Part shown: one piece after another, positions 1 through 9,555 of the stretch
Layout: every line of letters begins with the position of its first letter
Numbering within the stretch: position 1 is the first letter of the stretch
NCBI RefSeq assembly: GCF_051307035.1
Contig: NZ_CP195536.1
Coordinates: 1,140,001 to 1,172,000 of the forward strand
Direction: 5' to 3'
DNA length: 32,000 bases
Source of the DNA: Psychrobacter sp. DM4
GTDB taxonomy: Bacteria; Pseudomonadota; Gammaproteobacteria; Pseudomonadales; Moraxellaceae
Notes under the pieces: model-generated
Database searches by the model: none
The model's input: only the letters and a program-made list of their open reading frames with translations
What the model was told of the DNA's origin: nothing
Made by a program: the position numbers and the translations under genes

Positions 1-1
1 G

Positions 2-283
2 ACGGCTTATCATCCTTCTTGTACTTGTCCAATGGGCGAAGGTAATGATTCGGTCGTCAATGGCGAAGGGCTGGTACATGGTATCGATGGTCTGCGAGTC
101 GTTGATGCCTCTATCATGCCCAACATCATCAGTGGCAATCTCAACGCAACCACTATTATGTTGGCAGAAAAAATCGTTGATAAGATGCGCGGCGTACAGC
201 TGCCACGCTCAACAGCGGACTATTATACGGCCAATGGTGCACCATTGAGAGCTGAGCCGATGCGTGCTTATGGTTCTGTTTAA
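2..283 (+). CDS. betA: Choline dehydrogenase (GMC oxidoreductase), C-terminal end only; the 5' part lies upstream of the window
   Basis: The frame is open from base 2. The translation ...[63 protein letters not shown] carries the conserved GMC-oxidoreductase C-terminal blocks ([23 protein letters not shown]) typical of BetA. A BCCT choline/betaine transporter gene follows. Confidence 0.8.
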   Translation, partial: TAYHPSCTCPMGEGNDSVVNGEGLVHGIDGLRVVDASIMPNIISGNLNATTIMLAEKIVDKMRGVQLPRSTADYYTANGAPLRAEPMRAYGSV

Positions 284-301
284 ATTAAATATTAATAAGA
301 A

Positions 302-328
302 GGCCTTTTTACATAAAGGTCTTTTTTA
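302..328 (+). terminator. Rho-independent terminator after betA
   Basis: Stem ggccttt (302-308) pairs with aaaggtc (315-321), including one G-U pair. A T-run follows at 322-327, about 20 nt after the betA stop. Confidence 0.6.
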
Positions 329-538
329 TCCGCGCTACTGTTTTAGAAAACGAATACCATTAAAATTGATTTTTTAATGACTTACCTTGTTGCTTAAATA
401 ATTACCTAAGTGGTCATTACTTGAGCAACAAATTTTTATTTATTGGTACTGCTTTGTGCGTCATGCGGTTATCAGTCATAAAGTTATGACGGACAAAGCA
501 ATATCAGACCCTGTTTAATTTACCTATTGAGGTCTTTT

Positions 539-2584
539 ATGTACAGCTCGCCATCAAAAGATGCGACGAAACCCCTGACTCTAAATAAGACGGTTTTTTT
601 AGGTTCAGCTATTATTTCTATTTTATTAATAATCTGGACAATTGCATTTCCAGATTATAGTGAGGCATTATTAAGCTCAAGTATGGCATGGGTATCAGAG
701 AGTTTTGGCTGGTATTACATGTTGGTAGTTGCCGCTTATAGTATATTTGCGTTATTCGTTGGCTTCTCCAAGTATGGTGATATCAAGCTTGGTCAAGATC
801 ATGAAAAAGCTCAGTTTCCCTTTTTAGCGTGGGCCGCGATGCTGTTCTCCGCTGGTATCGGCATTGATTTATTATTCTTTGGTGCGTCTGAGCCGTTGAT
901 GCATTATCTGACGCCGCATACTGGTTTAGAGCCTGCCAGTGAGGCGGCTATGCGTGAAGCACTTGCGCAGACCTTTTTACATTGGGGTCTACATGGCTGG
1001 GGCATTTATGCGCTAATCGGGATGGCATTGGCGTACTTTGCTTATCGCAAAAACATGCCATTAGCTTTGCGTTCACCACTGACGCCTATCTTTGGCGAGC
1101 GCTTAATTAAAGGCTGGCTTGGTGATGGTATCGATACCTTTGGTGTGGTTTGTACCTTGATGGGTATCGCGACCAGTTTGGGTATTGGTGTATTGCAAGC
1201 CAATGCGGGTTTGACTCATGTGTTTGGGATTGAATCCAGCAAAATGGTTCAAACCTTTATCATCATAGGTGTGGTCGCTGCCGCAGCGATCTCTGCGATG
1301 ACTGGTGTGGAAAGAGGCGTCCGCCGTTTATCCGAATTTAATATGCTATCGTCGATATTGCTATTAATCGCGATATTGGTGATGGGTAACACGGTATATT
1401 TGCTGAATACCTTTACCCAAAATATTGGTCAATACTTCCAAACCATCGTTTTCAAAACCTTTGATGTGTATGCCTATGACGGTACTGCTGGTGCCGATTG
1501 GAAATCAGGCTGGACGATATTTTTCTGGGCATGGTGGGTCGCTTGGGCGCCATTTGTAGGTTTGTTTATCGCGCGTATTAGCCGTGGTCGTACCTTGCGT
1601 GAGTTTGTGTTTGGCGTGATGTTTATCCCACTTGGTTTCATTTTTGCATGGTTCTCTATCTTTGGTAATTCAGCGATAGATTTGGTCGCCAATGGTGCAA
1701 CCGAACTTGGCGAAATCGCTGTTAATGATGCAGCGATGGGTATGTTTGCCTTGTTTGAGTACTTTCCTTACAGCGAAGTGCTATCATTTGCCGGTGTTGT
1801 GATTGGGTTAGTATTCTTTGTGACTTCAGCTGACTCAGGCGCTTTAGTACTCGCGAACCTAAGCTCAAGAGGCATGACCAATGATACCGACGCACCAGTT
1901 TGGTTACGCTTATTTTGGGCAGCAGCGACCGGTCTTATTACCTTAGGCTTATTGTTTGCTGGTGGTTTTGCCTCATTACAGTCAGTATCTGTGATTGCCG
2001 GTTTGCCATTCTCGCTTATTTTAGTCCTTTATATGGTGGCGATGTGGAGATCATTAAAAGAAGAGGGCAATAAGCGCAAAGCCAGTACGATTGGTACGGC
2101 TAACGTGCTCGATAGCGGTAAGAGCTGGAAAGCTCGCTTGCAGCGTATTGTCAGCTTCCCTAAACATGCACAAGTTGAACGGTTTTTACAAAATGTGGTC
2201 AGACCTGCCATGACGGAAGTTGAAAAAGAGTTTGCCGCAGGTGGTCTAAAAACCTCTTTGGATATCCGTAACCCTGAACATATCGGACAAGATATAGATG
2301 AGGGTATGGACGAGAGTAGCGGTCAAATAGATGGTCTCAAATTGCGAGTTGGACATGGCGATGAAGATGACTTTATTTATGAAGTTAATTTGATCAAAGC
2401 GGAACGTCCTAACTTTACATTGAGCACCTCAACTAAGAACGCAGAGTACTATTATCGTGCTGAGGTGTTCTTAAGCGAAGGCTCGCAAGAGTATGACTTG
2501 GTTGGCTACTCCAAAGAGCAAGTATTGGTCGATATCTTAAATCAGTACGAGCGTCATCTTCAGTATTTACATCTGGAGCGCTAA
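539..2584 (+). CDS. betT: BCCT-family choline/glycine-betaine transporter with a long cytoplasmic C-terminal tail (BetT-like)
   Basis: The 681-685 aa ORF has about 12 hydrophobic segments and the BCCT-type tryptophan-rich block WTIFFWAWWVAWAPFVGLFIARISRGRT. A hydrophilic tail of ~180 aa matches BetT. It sits next to betA. ATG 539 has GAGG 6 nt upstream; TTG 527 is the alternative start given by the ORF track. Confidence 0.85.
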   Translation: MYSSPSKDATKPLTLNKTVFLGSAIISILLIIWTIAFPDYSEALLSSSMAWVSESFGWYYMLVVAAYSIFALFVGFSKYGDIKLGQDHEKAQFPFLAWAAMLFSAGIGIDLLFFGASEPLMHYLTPHTGLEPASEAAMREALAQTFLHWGLHGWGIYALIGMALAYFAYRKNMPLALRSPLTPIFGERLIKGWLGDGIDTFGVVCTLMGIATSLGIGVLQANAGLTHVFGIESSKMVQTFIIIGVVAAAAISAMTGVERGVRRLSEFNMLSSILLLIAILVMGNTVYLLNTFTQNIGQYFQTIVFKTFDVYAYDGTAGADWKSGWTIFFWAWWVAWAPFVGLFIARISRGRTLREFVFGVMFIPLGFIFAWFSIFGNSAIDLVANGATELGEIAVNDAAMGMFALFEYFPYSEVLSFAGVVIGLVFFVTSADSGALVLANLSSRGMTNDTDAPVWLRLFWAAATGLITLGLLFAGGFASLQSVSVIAGLPFSLILVLYMVAMWRSLKEEGNKRKASTIGTANVLDSGKSWKARLQRIVSFPKHAQVERFLQNVVRPAMTEVEKEFAAGGLKTSLDIRNPEHIGQDIDEGMDESSGQIDGLKLRVGHGDEDDFIYEVNLIKAERPNFTLSTSTKNAEYYYRAEVFLSEGSQEYDLVGYSKEQVLVDILNQYERHLQYLHLER

Positions 2585-2652
2585 TATTGAACTAACCGTG
2601 TATTTTAATAAGCTAAAATACAGGTGATATTTTTAAAATGTAGACATAATCT

Positions 2653-2699
2653 AAGCCCTTCACGTTGAATACATCAGCTTGAAGGGCTTTTTGGTTTTT
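2653..2699 (+). terminator. Rho-independent terminator after the BCCT gene
   Basis: A perfect 10-bp stem, aagcccttca (2653-2662) with tgaagggctt (2680-2689), is followed by tttggttttt. Confidence 0.75.
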
Positions 2700-2817
2700 A
2701 TTAAAATATAGTCGATATTAAATTGAGACTTTACAAAATGAGTGCAAAATCGTCTCAACTTTCTTCGATGAAGAAAGTCGTGAGGTACTCGAATTAATGA
2801 CACTAAGAGACGAGTAA

Positions 2818-2955
2818 GGTATCTTTCTAATCACGACTATATTTGGCATGACTGGACTATGGATCGCAGTTATGGCTGATGCTGGCGCGACGGTATTAGT
2901 CACCTTAAATGCATTGCGTTTGCTACGTTTCAAAGGCACTCGCTTGCCAGAATAA
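2818..2955 (+). pseudogene. Relic of the extreme C-terminus of a heavy-metal (P1B) P-type ATPase
   Basis: The plus-strand frame reads GIFLITTIFGMTGLWIAVMADAGATVLVTLNALRLLRFKGTRLPE*. This matches the last transmembrane helix and tail of ZntA/CadA/CopA-type pumps (G.TGLW.AV.AD.GATVLVT.NALRLL). The frame is closed by TAA at 2815-2817 immediately upstream, and no ATPase body is present. The 73-aa minus-strand ORF in the track (2718-2939) is its antisense shadow. Confidence 0.7.
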
Positions 2956-3019
2956 TTATCGAAATTGAACTATGACTTAATACTGACATAAGCGGCCATT
3001 ATACAATCACGCTAAATCT

Positions 3020-3071
3020 ATGAGCATTGCTTAGCGCGCGTTATCAGTTATACTGAGCAAGCTCATTTTTT
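3020..3071 (+). terminator. Orphan rho-independent terminator downstream of the ATPase relic
   Basis: atgagcattgct (3020-3031) pairs with gagcaagctcat (3055-3066) as 11 bp with a 1-nt bulge. TTTTTT follows on the plus strand. The minus-strand version has no T-run, so it does not serve the convergent monooxygenase gene. Confidence 0.55.
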
Positions 3072-3141
3072 AACGTTATACCGAGTTCATTTAGATAGAG
3101 CATAGTTAAACCAATTTTGATTGGTATCTAGAACATCTTAG

Positions 3142-4470
3142 CTAGCCTTTCTCTAAAGCGCGCTTTTTCCCTTGTTTAATCTCCTTTTTTAAATGCGCGA
3201 CGTAGTGGTCAAAATCAATTTGCATGGTGTGCCGAGCAGACTGATAATACTGATCTAAGTAGAGCGCATCGTCGCTTTTGGTAATATCTTGCATGTCATC
3301 AGCGTTTGGAAGACTATAATTTCCGGATATATATTCAGCAATGAGCTTTGACTGTTGTTCTGCTAGATTTAAGAGTGTAGGCAGGGCTTGTGCTAATCCT
3401 ACAAAAAATAGGTTATTACGATTTAGCGGCACCATTCGCTTGAACAGTGGAAACTGATTGTTAGCGTCAGGCTTTGAGGAGTCATCGGTAAAAAACGGAA
3501 ACTTAATATTATAGCCCGTAGCATAAACGACGATATCAAACTGCTCTTTGCTCCCATCTGTAAAGATAACGCTATTGCCCTCAAACCTCTCGATCCCAGG
3601 TTTCATAGTGATATCACCAGAGCCTACTCTAAGAGGAAATTCTCCAGAAACTGTAGGGTGAGCTTCAAAGGGCTTGTGATCTGGCACGGGTATTCCTAAA
3701 GATTCCATCGTGCCAATTTGTCTTTTGACGACTTGCTGCTGCAAAAATAGCTTGAGCTTTGGTGGTACCCAATGAGGTAGGGCAACCTTGTCGATAGGTT
3801 GTCCTTTGATGAACTTAGGAAGTATCCAAACCCCTCGTCTAGCGGACACGCATAGGTTCTTGGCGACCACTTTTTGGGATAGTTCCGAGGCGATATCCAT
3901 CGCTGAATTACCCATGCCAACGATGAGAATGGACTTCTCCTTCATATCGAAAGGTTCAGTAGGATTTAGATAATCGTGCGAATGTATAATCTGGCCTTTA
4001 AATTCGTCATCACCTGGATACTCAGGAATCCTTTTTGACCAGTGATGACCGTTTGCGACGACCACATGCCGATATGTTTTTACCTCACCGTTACTAAGAG
4101 TGACGTTCCACAAGTTATCGATAGGTTCAGCATGATCAACACCCGTGTTAAAGATAATGAGTGGTCTTAAACCAAAGTGCTCTACATAAGATAAAAAGTA
4201 ATCAAGGATTTGCGAATGATGCGGGAAATGTGGCCAATCTTTAGGTACTGGAAAATCTTCAAATTCTAGTTTATTTTTTGAGGTATCAATATGTAGGCTC
4301 TTATAACAAGAAGACATACCGTTAGGGTTTTTATAGTACCAATTACCGCCTATATTATCGGATATCTCAAAACAGTCGAATGAAATATCGTATTCCTTTA
4401 GTCGCTTTGCGGTCGTAAAACCACTTGGACCTGCGCCAATAATACAAACCTCTTTATCCACCTTTGCCAT
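3142..4470 (-). CDS. Flavin-containing monooxygenase (class B FMO-like, FAD/NADPH dependent)
   Basis: The N-terminal Rossmann motif is CIIGAGPSGFTTAK. The FMO fingerprint FxGxxxHxxxY is present as FKGQIIHSHDY. A second dinucleotide motif is VGMGNSAMD, and ATGY lies near the C-terminal third. Confidence 0.85.
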   Translation of the reverse strand: MAKVDKEVCIIGAGPSGFTTAKRLKEYDISFDCFEISDNIGGNWYYKNPNGMSSCYKSLHIDTSKNKLEFEDFPVPKDWPHFPHHSQILDYFLSYVEHFGLRPLIIFNTGVDHAEPIDNLWNVTLSNGEVKTYRHVVVANGHHWSKRIPEYPGDDEFKGQIIHSHDYLNPTEPFDMKEKSILIVGMGNSAMDIASELSQKVVAKNLCVSARRGVWILPKFIKGQPIDKVALPHWVPPKLKLFLQQQVVKRQIGTMESLGIPVPDHKPFEAHPTVSGEFPLRVGSGDITMKPGIERFEGNSVIFTDGSKEQFDIVVYATGYNIKFPFFTDDSSKPDANNQFPLFKRMVPLNRNNLFFVGLAQALPTLLNLAEQQSKLIAEYISGNYSLPNADDMQDITKSDDALYLDQYYQSARHTMQIDFDHYVAHLKKEIKQGKKRALEKG

Positions 4471-4773
4471 AGCTTATCATTCCCTGATATATAGTAATAA
4501 ATGTAAAATCTTATAATTTTTTAACACTAATTGATATGAGATACAAGTGATAGTTTACAAGAGCAAGATTGCGTTACAGGTATCTATTTTTGCAATAAAA
4601 GAACGACAGTTATCTAAAAAAGGACGACGATAACGTTTAAGAAATCGTGTAAATACTCTAAAAAACCAAGGTATTAATTAAGTGTTTTTTTAGGTGATAA
4701 CGGCTATGGTCGCATGCTAATCAAAGTATTGTAGCTATAATAGAACATATAGAAATTCAAAAAGGTCATTGTC

Positions 4774-6087
4774 TTGCAGATATTAAGTATTGATCCTCGC
4801 GACGTGTTTTATTTGGTATCAGGCTTAGCGTTTTTTAGTTTGATTATTATCCAACTGCAAACCCGCCTGCCATTTATCGCAGCGCCGCCACTTTATATTG
4901 TCATTGGCGCTGTGCTAGCTTTATCGCCTTTTGCTCTGCCCACTATAGATCCGCGCTTGGGTGAGATGTCTTTACTCATAGTCGAGCATGCAACAGAGCT
5001 GATTGTCATCGTCTCGTTAATTGGAGCGGGACTTGCAATCGATAAAAAGATGGGCTTACGCTCATGGAACGTCGTATGGCGACAGCTCGCAATTACCATG
5101 CCGTTGACTATTTTGGGCGTTATAGGTCTAGCGATGGGTCTAGTGGGTTTATCCTTAGCATCTGCTGTGTTACTAGCAGCAGCGTTAGCGCCAACGGACC
5201 CCGTACTGGCACGCGCCGTACAAGTGGGTAAACCTACCGAAGGCGACGAGAGTATCGTGCGCTTAGGTCTAACAGGAGAGTCAGGACTCAATGACGGGCT
5301 TGCCTTTCCCTTTATCTACCTTGCTATTGTCTTATCAGGCCTGACGGTTACACAAATTGAGTCTGGTAGTTGGCTGTGGTCGTGGCTTGGGTATGATGTG
5401 CTATATAGAGTCGTCGTTGGCATTGGGGTAGGTTGGGTGTTTGGACGGTACTGTGCAAAACTGATCTATTCTCCAGTGGGCGACGCTGGCACGAATAGTG
5501 GCGAGCGCGGTGATAATGCTGGTTTAACTATGATGGCTTCTACTTTTGCCTGCTACGGTCTAACAGAGATGGTTTCAGGCTACGGTTTTTTGGCCGTATT
5601 TATATCGGCTGTGGCCGGACGCTCATTGGTTCGTGGTCACAAAGAGCACGACGCCTATGTCAAGCATCCGCATCGCTTCTCAGAGCAGATAGAGTCATTA
5701 CTACTGGTGCTATTATTATTGTGGTTCGGAGGTCTGATCGTATCAGGGCTGATGGATAATTTATCTTGGCAAGAGATTGCGGTTGCCGCATTGCTGCTAC
5801 TAGTAGTACGACCACTGGCAGGGATGATTGCCAATATTGGACTTGATGCTTGCTTTGCCGAACGAGCGGCACTGGCCTTTTACGGTATTCGAGGTATGGG
5901 TTCCATATTTTATATCGCTTATGCCATGAGTCATGGAGAATTTAGCGATAGTGATGTGGTTTGGCGCATTGCTGCAGTGACCATCGCAGGCTCAGTATTG
6001 CTACACTCCATTAGTGCTCCAATCGTCATACCTTTTGTAGAGCGCTTGCGTGAGGACAACGAAGCTAAAAAGCAGGGTAGTGGCTAA
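4774..6087 (+). CDS. Cation/proton antiporter (CPA1 / Na+-H+ exchanger family)
   Basis: This is a 437-aa polytopic membrane protein with about 11-12 hydrophobic segments. It has the motifs LAAALAPTDPVLA and GESGLNDGLAFPF, which are characteristic of sodium/hydrogen exchanger family proteins. The TTG start at 4774 is the only start codon near the 5' end of the open frame. Confidence 0.8.
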   Translation: MQILSIDPRDVFYLVSGLAFFSLIIIQLQTRLPFIAAPPLYIVIGAVLALSPFALPTIDPRLGEMSLLIVEHATELIVIVSLIGAGLAIDKKMGLRSWNVVWRQLAITMPLTILGVIGLAMGLVGLSLASAVLLAAALAPTDPVLARAVQVGKPTEGDESIVRLGLTGESGLNDGLAFPFIYLAIVLSGLTVTQIESGSWLWSWLGYDVLYRVVVGIGVGWVFGRYCAKLIYSPVGDAGTNSGERGDNAGLTMMASTFACYGLTEMVSGYGFLAVFISAVAGRSLVRGHKEHDAYVKHPHRFSEQIESLLLVLLLLWFGGLIVSGLMDNLSWQEIAVAALLLLVVRPLAGMIANIGLDACFAERAALAFYGIRGMGSIFYIAYAMSHGEFSDSDVVWRIAAVTIAGSVLLHSISAPIVIPFVERLREDNEAKKQGSG

Positions 6088-6154
6088 TCAAGCTAAACCC
6101 TGTGTTCTATGTGTCTTACTCATAGTTAAAGTCCATCGCCATAACCCTATATAT

Positions 6155-6300
6155 TCCAAAACGTCTGAAATTCCCATAAAAAAAGGCTTGCCGTATTGCT
6201 ACGAACAAGCCTTTTTTCTTTGTACACTATAAATATGGTAGGTCCAGTATTAACCATGCGATATTATTAACTTGTTAATTTAAAATAATTTATCTAAAAA
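6155..6300. repeat. Copy A of a ~145-bp imperfect direct repeat (terminator-like hairpin plus conserved tail)
   Basis: It aligns with 12241-12390. The shared core is ccataaaaaaaggcttgccg.a..gct.cgaacaagcc....tctttgtacactataaatatggt.gg.ccagtat.aacca, followed by a similar AT-rich tail. The hairpin is ggcttg (6185-6190) with caagcc (6206-6211), plus an inner stem cgta with tacg. It has an A-run upstream and a T-run downstream, so it is a bidirectional terminator just after the antiporter gene. Confidence 0.8.
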
Positions 6301-6700
6301 AACTTTTGATGATACCAAAAATTCATTATGGTTATTAATCTAAATCAACGTAGTATAAAGTAAGAATATGAAAATATTAATTGTTATTGTTGTCACACCT
6401 CGCTCCAAAGCCCTGCATCTTCACAAGCTAGACAACTTTAATCAGTGTTCCTACCGTGCATTCCTTATTCTATCTAATACTAGTACTTTGCTAAAGCATT
6501 TCGCGATATTTACCGTCATCTATCCCAGCTTGTTTTGGCCGATATTCACCAGTTGCAGCGTCTTTTGTTTGACAAGAGCACGCTATATCCGATCTCGCTT
6601 GACCATATGATTCAATAGATGTTTAGTATTTTTGAGAGTCAAACCAAATCAATCTATTATCGACTATTGACATCCGACATGAATTTAAAAGGAGATTATA

Positions 6701-6937
6701 ATGAAAAACATTATGAATGGGTATATCGCCGTTATCGGCTGGACTTTATTATCGCTGCTAGCAATCGTACTTAGCGTTGATATGATAAGTGTTTATGTTA
6801 GTACCCAAGGATATATGGAGGTGGCAAGCAGCGCAGCAGTGACCGTACCATTGGTTGCCGCACTTGCAATAACTACTATCATCGTCGGTGCTAGATATTA
6901 TCCTACCAACCATAGCTCGATTGATGATTATCTTTAA
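6701..6937 (+). CDS. Small hypothetical membrane protein (two predicted TM helices)
   Basis: A strong Shine-Dalgarno (aaaggagattataATG) precedes it. The 78-aa product has two hydrophobic stretches, IAVIGWTLLSLLAIVLSV and VTVPLVAALAITTIIVGA. I recognise no homology. Confidence 0.5.
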   Translation: MKNIMNGYIAVIGWTLLSLLAIVLSVDMISVYVSTQGYMEVASSAAVTVPLVAALAITTIIVGARYYPTNHSSIDDYL

Positions 6938-6992
6938 CCTTAAGGTGTTGATTGGCTTTTTGATATCTAACTACATCACTTATAGTCATCAC

Positions 6993-8588
6993 TCAAACAT
7001 CTACGGGCAAGGCCACCTCGACAATAAGCCCTGTCATGCCATCTTGACGGTTTTTGGCATTAATATGACCTTTATGCGCCGCAGCAATCGCGTGAGCAAT
7101 CGCCAGTCCAAGACCGTAACCACCGACATGCCCACCACTTTGATTGGGGCGTAAGCGTCCATTAGCAGAATTGGTTTCTTTTGGACGCTGTCTGGAGGTA
7201 TCTAAGCGTACAAATGGCTCAAATATACGTGCTAAATTCGCCTCAGCTATGCCTTCGCCTTGATCTATAATACTCACCTTAAGCAGTTCTCGCTTGTTTT
7301 GTCTACTGGTTTGGGTAGTGGTGAGTTCTATCTTAGCCAAGACGGTAGAAAATGACTTGGAATATATAAAGGCATTACGAATGATATTTTCAAACGCGCT
7401 ATGCAATTGCTCTTTATTACCAAAGATAGTATATGACTGCTGAGCTGGATATTTGATGCTAGTATTATTGACATCAGCATCAGTATTAATGGACTCAACA
7501 GAGAATTGGCATTGCCACTCAATATTCTTGTCCTGAAACTCAAAGCAGACGTCCTGACCAATATCATTAAGTAGCACTCCTATATCTACTGATTCGTAGT
7601 CTTCAGACTGAGTCTTGTAACGCTGCATTTGTAGTGATTGAATATTAATAATCTGTGCAATCAGCTCATTCATGCGCGCTGATTCCCTTTGAATGCGATC
7701 AAGATAAAGCGCAGTCTCTGGTGCATAGTCGCGGGTAAGCTCAGTAGCTACGTCCAATCGAGCCAGTGGAGAGCGCAGCTCATGGGAGATATCGCTGAGC
7801 ATTTGCTTTCGAGACAGCTCGCTATCCACCAATCTATCAGATAATTTAGCGACATCTTTGGCTAATGCACCCAACTCATCATCTCCAAGCTCAGATAAAT
7901 CATCCCCAGCCAAATAATCACCTGCGCTTATACGGTGTACCGCAAACTGAACCTTACGAATACGTTTAGATAAAGCACGGCTAAACCAGTAACAAGCCAA
8001 TAAGCTAAAGAGTAAAATGACACCTACTCGCACGGGAAAATGAGTCTTTTGTAGCGCTATAAGATCGCGTAGAGGCAAGCGAGGTTGCAGCTGTACAGTA
8101 TAATTATAACCATCAGGGGTGATAACAGATTGATCTGCTAGTCCAGGATATTTACTGATGTCTGCTACTACATTCTGGTTTTGAAAGATTGGACTAGGCG
8201 GTGATTCCAAAAGATCTGACGGCTCGGGCCCTCTACCAACATCTTGTACGTTTTGGTCTCTTGAGGGCCGAAAGCGAAAAGATAAATGTACTCCTTGTTC
8301 ATCAACGATGAGAATTTGATCCCGAAGCCCACGCTCGCGACGGTAAATCTGGTTGATGGTGTTGTAGTTCCCTAACATCAAAGCCTGCATGATGTCTAAG
8401 CGAACAGTGGATAGATGCTCTATTTGTAACGCCATACGCGACTCTAAAGCTTGCGTATTCATCCAGCGCTCCATACTCACAGATATAGTAGACGTTACCA
8501 ACAATAACAGTAGTAAACTAATAAACAGTCGCCAAAATAAGGAGGCGGATAGATTGAGTGCGCGCTTATATACCGAAGAAGTATTCAT
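6993..8588 (-). CDS. Two-component sensor histidine kinase (CpxA/EnvZ-like: two TM segments, HAMP, HisKA, HATPase)
   Basis: The H-box is LSDISHELRSPLARL, the N-box ENIIRNAFIYS, the G1 box IDQGEGI and the G2 box GGYGLGLAIAHAI. Two hydrophobic segments flank a ~150-aa periplasmic region. The start overlaps the response-regulator stop (TAATG at 8586-8590). Confidence 0.9.
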   Translation of the reverse strand: MNTSSVYKRALNLSASLFWRLFISLLLLLLVTSTISVSMERWMNTQALESRMALQIEHLSTVRLDIMQALMLGNYNTINQIYRRERGLRDQILIVDEQGVHLSFRFRPSRDQNVQDVGRGPEPSDLLESPPSPIFQNQNVVADISKYPGLADQSVITPDGYNYTVQLQPRLPLRDLIALQKTHFPVRVGVILLFSLLACYWFSRALSKRIRKVQFAVHRISAGDYLAGDDLSELGDDELGALAKDVAKLSDRLVDSELSRKQMLSDISHELRSPLARLDVATELTRDYAPETALYLDRIQRESARMNELIAQIINIQSLQMQRYKTQSEDYESVDIGVLLNDIGQDVCFEFQDKNIEWQCQFSVESINTDADVNNTSIKYPAQQSYTIFGNKEQLHSAFENIIRNAFIYSKSFSTVLAKIELTTTQTSRQNKRELLKVSIIDQGEGIAEANLARIFEPFVRLDTSRQRPKETNSANGRLRPNQSGGHVGGYGLGLAIAHAIAAAHKGHINAKNRQDGMTGLIVEVALPVDV

Positions 8589-9265
8589 TAGAGTACCAAC
8601 TGATAGCCCCTGCCGCGAATAGCTTTGATAGACTCATCATGAAAAGGCTGAAGTTTTTTGCGCAGGCGGGATACATGCACATCAAGACTACGATCAAAGG
8701 GCTGTAGCTCACGCTGTAGTACAGTTTGTGAAAGCCACTCTTTACTAGCAACCTCACCTTTTTGCTGTAGCAATGCTACTAGCAGATCAAACTCAGTACC
8801 CGTTACTTGTAGCTCACTACCATCAATAGTACAGACACGATGCCTTTGATCTAAAGTCATTCGATCATGAGTGAGGACAGGGGTATCTACTGAGAGTACA
8901 GTCGTGCGCTTGATAACAGCATTGATTCGTGCCAGCAGCTCGCGAGGATTGCAGGGCTTGGCAATGTAATCATCAGCGCCAAGCTCAAGACCAATAATAC
9001 GATCAATCTCATCGCCTTTTGCCGTCAGCATAATCACTGGAATTTGACGCGTAGCTGGCAGTTGCCGCAATACGCTAAGTCCATCTATTTTGGGCATCAT
9101 AATATCGAGCACAAGTAGATCGTACTCATAAGCGGTATCTTGTAATCGCTCTATCACTTGCGACCCATCATAGACGCAGTCGCAGCTGACCCCATGATTA
9201 TGCAAATACTCTTGCAGCAATTGAGTCAGCTCTTCGTCATCATCACCAAGAAGTATATGAGTCAT
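8588..9265 (-). CDS. OmpR-family response regulator (CpxR-like)
   Basis: The receiver domain has DDD...D (LLVLDIMMP) and MLTAKG...GADDYIAKP. The C-terminal winged-helix effector domain has VHVSRLRKKL...IKAIRGRGYQLV. It closely resembles my recollection of CpxR across the receiver domain. Confidence 0.9.
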   Translation of the reverse strand: MTHILLGDDDEELTQLLQEYLHNHGVSCDCVYDGSQVIERLQDTAYEYDLLVLDIMMPKIDGLSVLRQLPATRQIPVIMLTAKGDEIDRIIGLELGADDYIAKPCNPRELLARINAVIKRTTVLSVDTPVLTHDRMTLDQRHRVCTIDGSELQVTGTEFDLLVALLQQKGEVASKEWLSQTVLQRELQPFDRSLDVHVSRLRKKLQPFHDESIKAIRGRGYQLVL

Positions 9266-9409
9266 AACAGGGTCCTAAGTTTTTGATAAAAGATTGCTTA
9301 TTAGCATACTGTTTTTTTGATGTACTCATATTGCTAAATTCAATGAAGCTATGCGTACATTTAGGGCATCAAGTAAGTTTACAAGAGATAAAGGTTTAAT
9401 AGTGTCAAT

Positions 9410-9447
9410 CGTAACCTTTCTTAAAGTTTCACAAATCTACGTAACAC
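9410..9447 (+). promoter_or_regulatory. Copy 1 of a conserved 38-bp upstream motif (candidate regulator-binding site or promoter element)
   Basis: cgtaacctttcttaaagtttcacaaatctacgtaacac is 32/38 identical to 10675-10712. It lies ~110 bp upstream of the disrupted lipoprotein gene, in the divergent region next to the response-regulator gene. TATTAT sits 7 bp downstream. Confidence 0.45.
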
Positions 9448-9555
9448 GCATTTGTATTATCATTTGTCTAGTTGACCACTACAGTTTGACCTTTAGAGAG
9501 GGCAAGTGGCAGCAGAGTTCCCTTAAGAAATCATTTACGATGACTAGTAGCTTGC

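Noticed and set aside
2718-2939. A 73-aa minus-strand ORF.
   Set aside because: It is antisense to the plus-strand frame that encodes an unmistakable P-type ATPase C-terminal helix.
1474-5872. Antisense ORFs inside the BCCT, monooxygenase and antiporter genes (1474-1692, 2029-2211, 3696-3920, 3788-3973, 4893-5291, 5660-5872).
   Set aside because: All are nested within, and opposite or out of frame to, long ORFs with strong family motifs. They are shadow ORFs.
6368-7154. Small plus-strand ORFs at 6368-6610 (80 aa) and 6888-7154 (88 aa).
   Set aside because: Neither has a ribosome-binding site, and both have odd composition. The second overlaps the 3' end of the histidine-kinase gene in antisense. 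Neither has recognisable motifs.
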